DNA of 64,000 nucleotides from Scenedesmus sp. PABB004 (Eukaryota): positions 186,001 through 250,000 of the forward strand of contig JABVCE010000033.1 of the NCBI GenBank assembly GCA_014905635.1, in the 5' to 3' direction. The notes below the pieces were generated by a model. That model saw only the letters and a list, made by a program, of their open reading frames with translations, was not told where the DNA came from and did not search any database. This document shows, piece by piece, positions 24,987 through 35,044 of this stretch (position 1 is its first letter; every line of letters begins with the position of its first letter). The translations under genes and the position numbers were made by a program.

Positions 24987-27533
24987 CTACAGCTTGCCGC
25001 GCGGCCGCGAAGCTCCGGCCGGCGCCTGCGCTGCCGCCTCGCCGCCGCTCTCCTGGCCCCCGCCCGACAGGCTGAGGTCTGGCAGTGCCTCCTCGTCCGG
25101 CTGCGGCAGCGCGCCGTCGTGGCTGATGCTCGCGCGGCAGGCCTGGTCGTGCTCCGCCGCGCTCAGCACAAACGGCCCCAGCACGCGCTCCCTGAACTCT
25201 GAGAGCTCCAGCACGCACGGGTTGGCTGCGCACGTGCGTGAGCGGCGACGCAAGCGGTGGCGTGAGCGGCGACCAGCGCTGGCCAGCGGCGGCCAGCGGC
25301 GGCGCCCGCACCTCCCGCACCTTCCGACGCGCCCGGCAGCGGCAGCGGCTGCTTGTTGTACAGCACGCGCACGACGAACTCGCCGCGGGGCGTCTCAGCG
25401 GCAGCGGCGCCGCCGCCAACCGCGGCCACCGCGGCTGCGCCCGGCGGCGGCGGCGCCATCGTGCTGCGCCCGCTGCGCGGCGGCGGCGCAAGCTCCCACA
25501 GCTCGAAGACTAGGCTGCTCGCATACGGCGGCCACGTGTCGAGCTCCACGCCCAGCGCTGCGCGCACCGCCGCACACACGGCGAAGGTGGAGTCAACTTG
25601 CCGGGCTTAGTGCGCGACGCGGCGGCGGCGGCGGTCGGGCCTGCGCCCCCCGCCTGGCTGCTCACCGGTGAGGAGCGGCATGATGGTGGAGTCGTGCCCC
25701 GAATACAGGAACATCTTTGGCGGGCCCTGCTGCCCCTCCTGCTGCCCGTCCTGCTGCCCCTGCTGCTGCGCGTGCTGCGCCTGCTGCGCGGCGGCGGACC
25801 GCGCGGCATCCATGTTGGCCAGCAGCATGTCGAGCAGGCGGCCCATGCTCAGCCGCAGCACCGCGTGCCCGTGCTCGTCGACGAGCGCCGGGCAGATGAA
25901 GCTCGAAATCTCCTCGGTCGCCTGCGGCGGGCGGCCGCCACGCGTGAGCGCCAGCCGCCGGCGGCGGTGGCGGCGGGCGCCGCGGCCCCGCCGGCGACCG
26001 CCCGCCGAGCCCGCCCCCGCCCGCGGCCGCCGCCGCCGCGGGCGCGCACCAGGCGGTTGACGGCGTCGCGCGTCTCCTGCGTGAGCCCTGCCGGCAGCTC
26101 CTTGCCGTGCGCGGCGAGGGAGGTGAAGGCGTCGTGGATATCGGTCATCATCCAACGCCGCTCCCAGGCGCCCTCCGGCAGGCGCAGCAGCGCGCTCAGC
26201 CGCTCCTGCAGCGCCCGGATGGCCGGCGCGCGCGCCGTCGACTCCCAGCGCGCTGCGGGCGGGCGCGCGCGCGCGGGCCGGGCGGCGCGCCGTCGGCGCC
26301 GGGGCGCACGGCCGCCGCGCTGCAAGCTGCAGCCCAAACCGGTCCACCGCCGCTGGACGCGCTGCTCCTGCGCCCGGCCCACCTTTGAGCATCGCCTCTG
26401 ACGCAGCCATGAGGACCTTGAGGTGGGGGCAGCGCTTGGTGTCGGCGTAGAGCACCTGCGGGCCCGCCGCAGACCGCGGGCGTCGACGCACGGAGGAGAG
26501 CGAGCGAGCGGCGCCCGCCCCCGCGCGCGCGCGGGGAGTGCCGCGGGGCGCCGGCGGGGCCGCGGCCGGGGCCGGGCGGCGCCGTGTGCGCGCGGGCGGC
26601 CGGCGCGACGTGCGCCCCCCGAGGGCCCGTGCGGCGCGCGGCGGCGTGCGGCGGCAGCGCTGCACTCCTCCAGGGCCGCTGGCTGGCTCGGGCGGCGGCG
26701 GCCGCACACACCTCGTCGAGGTCGCCCGACGTCGTGACCGGCACGTCAGCGGCGCCGGGGTAAAGTCCGGTGAGCACGCCAGCCAGCGTCGCGCGCGTGC
26801 GCGAAAAGTTGGTCGTCCGCGCCGCGAGCACGCCTGGCTCGTAGCTCGCCGGCAGCAAGCCGTGCTCGTCGATGAACCTCATGCGTAGCCAGTAGCCCAG
26901 CTCCAGCGCCTGCAGCTGGCCCACGAGCGTCTGCGGGGCGCGCGTCGCTCGGCGGCGCGCTCAGGCGGGCACAGCGCGGCGCGGCGCGGCGCGGCTCGGC
27001 GTGGCGCGGCGCGACACGGCGCGGCGCGCGCACCAGCTCGCCCTTGCTTGTGCCGCCCGGCAGTCTCGTCGCGACCTGTTTGAGGTCGTGGTCATTCGGG
27101 GGCGCGGGGCCGCCGTGCACGTCGAGCAGGCGCAGAGTGACCGGCTCGTACGCGCGCCCGCCGACGGCCCAGGTCTGCCCCTCCCACAGGTGCGACGCGT
27201 CCGTCAGCGGCGTGCGCGCGCCGTGCCTGCGGCAGCGTGCATGAGCGTGCGCTGTGCAGGCACGCGTCGAGCGCGGCAGGGCGCGGCGATCGCAGTGCGC
27301 GGGCATCGCCGCAGCATCGCGCGCCGCTGCTGCGCCGGCGCAGCCTGCGCCGGCGCGCACCGAAACACGGCCTGGACCTGTCGCAGCTGCGCGTGGCGCC
27401 GGTCCAGCTTGACGGGTGCCGCTGCCAGCAGCGGAGGAGGAGGCCTGGGCGGCGCGTCGGCTGCCGCTGCCGTCGGCGCCGCTGCCCAGCCGCCCAGGAC
27501 GCCGGCCGCGCCGAGGGCGAGGCGGCGGTGCAT
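24987..27533 (-). CDS. Histidine acid phosphatase (branch 2), lysophosphatidic acid phosphatase ACP6-like
   Basis: VQAVF|RHGARTP catalytic motif, GELT..GQLQALELG, RTTNFSRTRAT, LYSGHDSTIMPLL, WPPYASSLVFEL, VRVLYN. Confidence 0.9.
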
Positions 27534-27736
27534 GGCGGCTGCTGTGCGTGGCGGAGCAGGTCGGGGGTGTGGGGCGCCTGCAGCGGAGCGGAGGCGGCAG
27601 GCCGCGACGCGCCGCGTTCGCAGAACCGCAGCGGTCAACGCCCGCCGCTGAACCACCGCTGCGCCGCCGCTCCAGCAGGCACACACAGGGGTCGTGCCCC
27701 TGCCAGACGCTGCCCGGCGCGGCGCGGTCAACCGCG

Positions 27737-28726
27737 ATGGGCGACGGCGCAGCAGCCGAGCCCCCGCCGCGCGCGCTGCTGCCCGCGCGCCCGGTCTCCC
27801 TCGGCGCCGTGGGGCGCGCGGCGGACGCGTCGCTGTTCGTCGCGCGGCCGCCCGCGCCGATGGCATTCTCGCCCGCCGCCGGCGGCCTGCTGGCGGCCGC
27901 GCCGCAGCGCCCGCCGCCGCGCCTCCGCGCGGCGCAGCTGGACCGGCTGTGCGTGCCCAAGGTGCGGGGCGGCCGGCTCGCGGCAACGCCGGTGGCGGCG
28001 CTGCCGTCCGCCCGCTGACCGCGCTGGCCACGCGCGCCGGCGGCGCAGGCGGTGCGAGCGCGTGCGGCCGTGCCTGGCCGGTCCGCGGCTGGGCAGCAGG
28101 TGCAGCAGCCGGCGCAGCAGCAGCCGCCAGCAGCTGGAGCACCAGGTGCTGGCGGGCGCTGCCGCGGAGGCGGCCCGCCCTTGCTGCCGCGCCGGTCGCA
28201 CGTGCCGCCGCGCGGCGACGGCGGCGGCACTCCCGGCGCGGTGGCGGCACTGCAGCAGGAGCGGCGCCTGCTGTCGCAGTCATTCCGCTGGGGTGGCCGC
28301 GTGTGGCAGAGGCACCGCGGCCGGTGCGAGATGCGCACGAGCGCCGCCGGCGGGCAGGCGGCGCAGCCCGCGGCGCGGCCGGTGGCCAGCAACTCGCGCG
28401 CAGCGCTGCCCGAGCGGCTGCATGGGGGGCCGGCGCCCGACGCCGAGATTGCGGCAGCGGCAGCAACGCTGGCGGTCAACGCAGAGCGGCTGCTCAAGCA
28501 CCTGGGCCGGCGGCGAGCGGCCAGGGAGGCGACGCAGCGCCCGCGCAGCGCCGCTCGCAGCCTGCAGCCAGCGGCCGCCCGGGGCGGCGCCGCGCGGCCT
28601 GACAGCGCGCGCAGCAGCAGCGGCAGCTCGCACGGCGCCACGGCGAGCGAGGGCGAGGGCGAGGCGCAGGGTGAGGGCCAGGGGCAGGCCGAGGGGGAGG
28701 CGGGGTGCGGGCCGGAGGGCGAGTAG
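27737..28726 (+). CDS. Hypothetical protein, 2 exons
   Basis: ATG 27737, GT-AG intron ~27962-28048 joining QLDRLCVPK|AVRAR. Non-repetitive segments LQQERRLLSQSFRWGGRVW and EIAAAAATLAVNAERLLKHL. Stop 28726. Confidence 0.5.
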
Positions 28727-28792
28727 CGGCCTCGACGGCGGCCCGGAGAGAGAGCTCAATTGCAAGAGCGCCTGCGCGTGCGCCCGCTCCGC

Positions 28793-31700
28793 TCACGCCG
28801 CGACGCCGCGCGCCGCGCCCGCCGCCGCCCGCGCCGCCGCGCGGCGCGCCTGCTGCGCCTGCAGCCCGCGCTCTACGTTCTTGGCGTTGGCGATGTTCAG
28901 GTCGAGCTGCTCCCACAGCGGCTTGACCAGGCGCGTCAGCGGCGCCTTGGCGCCCGGCTCGCACGCCGCGGTCAGGCGGTTGAGCACCTCGTAGCAACCG
29001 TCCATGGAGCGCTGCGCGCGGCGCGGCGCCTGTCACTCTGCTGTGTGACAGCGCAGCCAGCCGCGGAGCCGCCGCGCGGCGCCGCGCGGGCGCGGGGGCC
29101 CGGCGTCGAGCGCACCTGGATGCGCCTGAACTTGGCCACCTTCTCCTCGGTGTTGACGGGCAGCAGCATCCAAAAGTGCCGCAGCAGCTCGTCGATCTGC
29201 GCGCGCCGGCGGCCGCGGCCGCGGCGGCGGCGTCAGCGACGCTGGGGTGCCCGGCCCGCGGAGCGCGCCGACGGCAGCGGCTCCGAGCGAGCCCCCATCT
29301 CACCACCATGGCCTGCTGCTGCACAAAGTCCAGCACGTCCTGCGGCAGGCTGGCGGGGCCGCCGCGCCCGCCCACGGCGGCGAGGTCGCTGCCGCACAGC
29401 TCCTGCAGCGCCTGGCGCGCGCGAGGGGCCGGCGCAGGGGGGCAGTACGCACGGTTGGCGGCGGCGGCGGCGGTCGCGGCCGCGCGCCGCGCGGGCCGCG
29501 CACCTGCTTCGCCGCCGCCGCCGGCATGGGCGGCTCGAGCAGCGCCGCGGCGTCGATGGCCTCGATGGCCTCCAGCGCGGCGGCGGCGCCGCCGCCTGGC
29601 CGCTGCGCCTGCCCCTGCTGCTGCTGCTGCTCCCCCGCGCCCGGCGGCTGGCCCTGCGCCGCCGCCTGCGCCTGCTGCGCCGCCTGGAAGTACAGGCGCG
29701 GGTCGTTGACGCGGAGCTCCTCAAACACCTCCTGCAGCGGCGCCTGCAGGTCCTCCAGCCCCGAGCCTGGCGGGCGGCGCGGGGCCGCGGCCGCGTGAGC
29801 GCGGGCGCGGCGCAGCGAGCGGGCGGGGCCGCGTGGCCGCCGGCGCCGGCGCGTGCGGCGGTGGCGGCGGCCGCACCCGCTTGCTCGCGGTACTGCTGCG
29901 CCTGCGCCTCGCTCAGCTCGCCGCCGTCGGCGGCGGCGGCGCCGCCCGCCGCCGCAGCGGACGCGCCCGCGCCGTCGGCGCCCGCGTCGCCGCCGGGGCC
30001 CGGCGGCAGCTGGCCGATGACGGCGGCGCTGTGGACGTTGTACTCTTGGACCAGCTGCTGCGACAGACCGCAGTACCCCGGCACACCGTCCTGCAGCGGC
30101 GGCGGCGGCAGCAGCGGCGGCGCTCGCGCGGCGGGCGCACGCGCGCGGGCGAGGCGCGCGCGAGCGCGCGGGCGAGGTGCTGCGCCGCGCCGCCGCACCG
30201 CCTCGCTGCGCGCCGCGTTGTGCGCGACGCCGTGGCCCTCGCCGGTGAGCCTGTCCTCCGCGCCGGTCGCGAGGTCGACCAGCGGGTTGAGCCGCCGCTT
30301 GAGCGACCGCCGCGCCGCGGCGTCCATGCCGGCGCTGCCGTCCACGGCGGAGAACAGGGCTGCGGCGCGCGCGCACACACAGCGGCGGGCGGGCTCGGAC
30401 GCGCGCCGCGGCGGCCGCACGGCGAGCCCTTGCGGCCCCGACTGCCGCGGCCGCTGGCAGCCGCGGCCGCCGTCGCCGCCGCCGCGAGCCGCCGCCCCGG
30501 GCGCACCCGCCATCTCGTGGTCGTCCATGTCGGCGTCGCCGCCGCCGCCGGCGCCGCCGGCCATGCCGGCGACCGCGGCCGCGCTGCTTGCGGTGAGGGA
30601 CGCCTGCAGCGCCTTGAAGCGCCCCGCCGCCTTGTCACGCTGCGCCTTGCGCGCCATGACGTAACGAAAGTAACGCGTCCAAAACTCCTCCCGCGACATG
30701 AGGTGACCGACCTGCGCGGGGCCCCGGCGCGCGGGCGCGGCGGCGGCGCCCGCGGCGGCGGCGTGTCGCGCGCGGCCGGCGGGCGGCGGGCGCCGCGCGG
30801 GCGGGCGCCGCGCAGGCCGCGGGCCGCGGCGCGTGGGGCGCGAGCGGCGCGGCGGCGCGGCGGGCCCCCCTGCGCGGCGAGCGCGCCTGCGCGTCGTAGA
30901 CCTGCCGCAGCGCCGGCTTCTCTGCCAGCAGCTGGCGCTCGTCGTCCGCCGTCATCGTCAGCCGCGCGACCTGGCCGTCCGCCGTGGTCTTGTTCTGTGC
31001 GCGCCGCGGGCGGCGGCGGGCGGCAAACGGCCGTCGGTCGGCGGCAGGGCGCACGCCAGTCCGCGCCCTGCCCCGCCCCGCCCCGCCCTGCCGCCGCCGC
31101 GGCCGGGCGCCTCCCCGTGCCGCGCGCCGTGGCCGCTGCGCACCTGGCGCGCGAGGTCGACGAGGCGGTTGGCCAGGCCCCTGCGGCTGCTGCGCGCCGT
31201 GGGCGCGGGCGGCGCGCCCAGCCCCGCCGCGCGCTGCAGCGCCGCGCTCGACCAGAACTCGTCCTCCGTGAGCGCGCCCGAGTCGACCACGAGCGCCCTG
31301 TGCTGCGCCGCGATGGACCTGCGCGGCCGCGCAGGCGCGCGCGCGTGAGCCGAGGCGCGGAGGGCGCGGGGGCCGCGGCCGAGCGCGGGGCCGCGGCCGA
31401 GGGGCGCGGCGGCAGCGGCGGCGCACTTGTTGCTCGCCAGCAGCGCCTGGCGCTGCTCGGGGGTCAGCCGCACGGCCTGTTGCTGCTGCTGTTGCGTCTG
31501 CGCCGCCGCGCCCGCGCCGGCGGCCGCCGGCTGCTGCGCCGCTGCGGGCGCCGCGCCGCCGGCCGCCGCGGCGGCGCCGGGCGCCGCGCCGCCACCGGCC
31601 TTTGCCTCGCCGGCTTGCGTGATGGCGGCGGACACCGCCTCGCGGTCCTCCTGGCTCGCAAAGCGCAGCACCAGCCTGCCGCTGCTGGCGGTCTCGAGCA

Positions 31701-31990
31701 TCAGCAGCGGGTTGGTCTTGGAGCGCTTCTGGCCTGCGGGGCGCGCGCGCGAGCGGCCGGCGTCGGCGCGCCCGTCGCCGTCGCGGCTGCCGCGGCTGCG
31801 CGCGCGGCGGCGGCGGCGCACCCTTGACGTCCGCGATCGCCAGCTCGACGCGCTGCCCGCCGCCGCGCGCCATGAAGCGCGCGAGGCTGCTGAACACGTA
31901 GAGCGTGCCATCCACGTAGCTCTTGTCCGCGTTCTGCAGCGCGCAGGGGCGGCTGCACAGCACGCGGTCGTCCGCCAGCGCCGCCGCCAT
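28793..31990 (-). CDS. TFB1: TFIIH subunit p62 / Tfb1 (PH domain plus two BSD domains)
   Basis: N-terminal PH-like region (GTLYVF...IADVK|GQKRSK...LRFASQEDRE), BSD motifs LVVDSGALTEDEFW and EKPALRQVYDAQ|VGHLMSREEFWTRYF, later ELLRHFWMLLP. Confidence 0.88.
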
Positions 31991-32442
31991 CGGCGCCGCC
32001 GCCGTCTGCTGCTGCTGCGTCGCGCCGCGCCCCTAGCGCTGGCGTGCGCCGACGGCCGCGCCGCCGCGCATGTGACAGGGGGCTGCCGCACTCCCGCGAC
32101 GGCTGAACGGGCGCGCGGGCTGTGCGCAGGGCAGCGCCGCGAGCGAGCGCCGCTGCCGCCGCCGCGGCCTGCGTGGCGAGAGGGCCTGCGCGGCGGGCCG
32201 GGGCTGCTGCCCGCTGCTGCTGGGTGCGGTCGGCGCGCGCGCTGAGCCGCCGAGCCGCGCTGCGGCCGCGCGTCGCCGCCGCCGCCGCTGCTGTCGCGGT
32301 CGCGTGTCGCGTGGAGCAGGGCGCGGCCCGCGTGTGTTCAGCGGGTAACACGTCTCCAGCAGTGAGCGTCAGTCAGTTCTGTGGTCGGCGCCGCTTGGGG
32401 TTCACGCGCCAGTGCAGTGCCGCCGCGTGCAAAAACCCGGTC

Positions 32443-33478
32443 TCAGGCACCGTGCGGCACGGTGACGGGCGCGAGCGCGCTGCGCAGCAGGGCCTCCTGC
32501 TTGCTGGTGAGGCTCGCGCTCATGCCCTCGCCCTTGTCAACGTCGAGGTAGGTCAGGCTCAGCCGCACGTTGTGCCCGGCAAAGGAGATGCTCATGCCGT
32601 CCACCACCTCGTCCAGCACGCTCAGCATCAGTGTCATCACATTGACTGCGACCGCCCGGTCGGGCGGCGGCGGCGGCGGGCGCGGCTCAGCGCGGGCCGG
32701 GCGCAGGGGCCGGGACCCGTGCGACGTCAGCGGCGCGCTCTGCCGCCGCCGCGACCGCGACCGCGCGCGGCGCAGTGCTGCTGCGCGTGCGGGCCGCCGG
32801 CTCACAGTAGAGCATGCGCTCGAGGGGGTCGGGCAGCCACCAGATGTTGACCTCCTTGTTTGAGAGCATCGAGTCAACCATGCCCAGAATGACAGCCTTG
32901 TTGATGCCCTGCGGCCGCGTTGGACGAGGCAGCGTCGGCTGGGGCGGCCACGTGCCGTGCGCGCGGCCGCAGCGGCCGCAGCGGCACCCCAGCGCGCGCG
33001 CCTTGGTGAAGCGCAGGCGCATGCTCTTGTACGCGAGCGGCTCGAGCTTGACGAGCAGCTGCTGCAGCTCCTCCACCTTGCCGCGCAGGGCCGCGTTCTC
33101 CAGGGACGTGGTGTCCGAGTCGACCGACTGGCGCAGGTTGGCCTCCGCCGCCTTGGAGATCGCGAGGCCGGCGACCACGCCCACGGCGCACACGAGCGCG
33201 AGCGCCCACCACGGCCAAGCGCCCAGGCCGCCCAGGAAGGCCGCCACGGCGCTGCCGGCGCCGCCCAGGGCGCCGCCGGCCGCCGCCACGGCGACCGGCC
33301 CTCGCGGGCGCGGCGCGAGCGGACGCGGCGCGAGCTGGCGCGGCGGCGCCGCCCGCTGCTGCTGCTGCTGCCACCGCTGAGCGCGCGCGCACGGGAGCGA
33401 CGTCGAAAAACACGCGGTGAGGCAGCGCGGGGCTGCGGCGACGGCGCACGACCGCGCCGGCGCGGTCGCGGCCCGCAT
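32443..33478 (-). CDS. Hypothetical organelle-targeted membrane protein (transit peptide, TM helix, short coiled coil, conserved-looking C-terminal domain)
   Basis: MRAATAPARSC... presequence, WPWWALALVCAVGVVAGLAI helix, LENAALRGKVEELQQLL. Spliced C-domain LRFTK|GINKAVILGMVDSMLSNKEVNIWWLPDPLERMLY|..ISFAGHNVRLSLTY. Confidence 0.75.
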
Positions 33479-33730
33479 GCCGCGCGCTGTCGAGTCCGGC
33501 CCGCGCGTGCAGGGGCTGCGGAGGTCTGGCGTGCCCGCGAACGTCGTGAGTAAGCTTTGTAAAAGCAAATGGAGACGACTTGGAGACGAGGGGGACGGGT
33601 TTTCGAGGGCGGGCAACGGGCGAGCGCGCGAAAGCCCGGGCCGGCGCAGGTGCCAGCCCCCGAGCTGCGCCGACGCGACGAGGAGCTCAAGCGGGACTCA
33701 AAGGCGAGCTCAACAAGCTCGCGAGATCGG

Positions 33731-35044
33731 CGCACCTCGAGGTCGAACAGCGCGCTCGGCGCGCGGCGGTGGGCGGCCCGCGCGGCCATTCCTTGGCCGA
33801 AACGCCCCCGCTGCGCGTGCGGGGCGCCGCCTCGCGCGCGCCCGGCTGGGGGATGGGAGACCCAAACCGCGCGCCACCCGGCGCCGGGTCCTGGCGGCGG
33901 CGCGGCGCGGCCGCAGGGCGGGCTGCTGGCGCGACGCGGGCGGGCCGGCTGCGTCGTCGGTGTTGGTGGCGCGACCGAGCGCGCGGCGGCTGGTGGGGTG
34001 CTGTTGTGCGCCGGGGGCGAGCTGTGGGGAGGGGGAGGCGCGGCACGGCGGCTTTGGGGCGCCGGCAGCAGCAATCACAGCTGCCCGGCCAGGTGTCAGC
34101 CGCGTCTGACTCGCGACCACGCGCCGCCGCAGCGCCGCCCGTCACGTTGCACCGCCCTGCTGCGAACCCGCGCGCCTGCACCGGTCCTTGCTGGCGCAGC
34201 TAGGCGTGCGCGGGGCCCAAACTCGCCAACTCAAAAATGTGATGCCCGCCGAGCCGTTCCGCCGGCGCGCCACGCACGGGCGTGCAGCCGGGCGCCGAAC
34301 AAGGCCGGAGCGGCGCCGCGCGGGCCCCACACGCGCGCCCCGCGCCGGCCGTCAGACGCGCAACTGCGACGCGGGCCAGCCCGACGCGGCCGGCCCGCGC
34401 ACGGCCGCGCGCACCGCGCCGCGCCTGAAGCCTCGCGCGCCGCCACGCCCCGGCTGCCGCGGCGCGCGCTCTCGCGCGGTGCGGGCGGGCGGGCGGGCCG
34501 GTCAAGGCGGTCAAAGGCGCACGCCCGCGGCCGCCAGGTGCGCGTCCACGCCCGCGGCGGGGCGCCGGAACAGGCGGCCCAGGTCCAGGTCCAGGCCGGC
34601 CAGCGCGTCCGCCCGGCCAGCGCCGCCGCGCCGCGACGCCGCCGCTGCGGCCGCGAGCGCGGCAAAGTGGGCGTCCCCTGTGAGCGCGGCAGGCGGGGTG
34701 AGTCAGGGCGTCAGGCCCCGGGCGACGCCGCGGCCCCCTCGTGACGCGCGGGCGCCCCCGCTGTCAGCTGCGACGCGCGCACCCGCCACCAGCCAGCGGC
34801 CCACGGCGCCCGACGCCAGGCCCGCGGCCGCCTGCGCCGCCAGGCCCGGCTGGCCCGCGCACGCGGCGCCCAGCTGCGCCGCCCGCGCCGCCACGCGCGC
34901 GGCGTCCAGCGCCAGCAGGCGCGGCGCGTGCAGCACGGCGCGCCGCAGGCAGGCGTCGCCCCCGCCGCCCGCGGGTGGCCGCTGCTGCGCGCCGACGTCG
35001 GCGCCGGCGGCGGCCGCGACTGCGGCGCTGAGCTCGTCAAGCGC
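33731..35044 (-). repeat. Left arm of 1.3-kb inverted duplication (partner 39278-40587)
   Basis: Reverse complement of 39278-40587. The 1314 vs 1310 bp length difference equals one 6-bp deletion plus one 2-bp insertion in the right arm. Confidence 0.96.
33736..33789 (-). pseudogene. Orphan duplicate of DUF506 gene exon 1 (MAARAAHRRAPSALFDLE) with its GT donor
   Basis: Same sequence as 40529-40582 in opposite orientation. Homology stops 5 nt into the intron. Confidence 0.8.

Noticed and set aside
32443..34074. 543-aa ORF apparently fusing the duplicated DUF506 exon 1 to the downstream gene
   Set aside because: It runs off-frame through most of the real gene and through introns, so it is a chance open frame.
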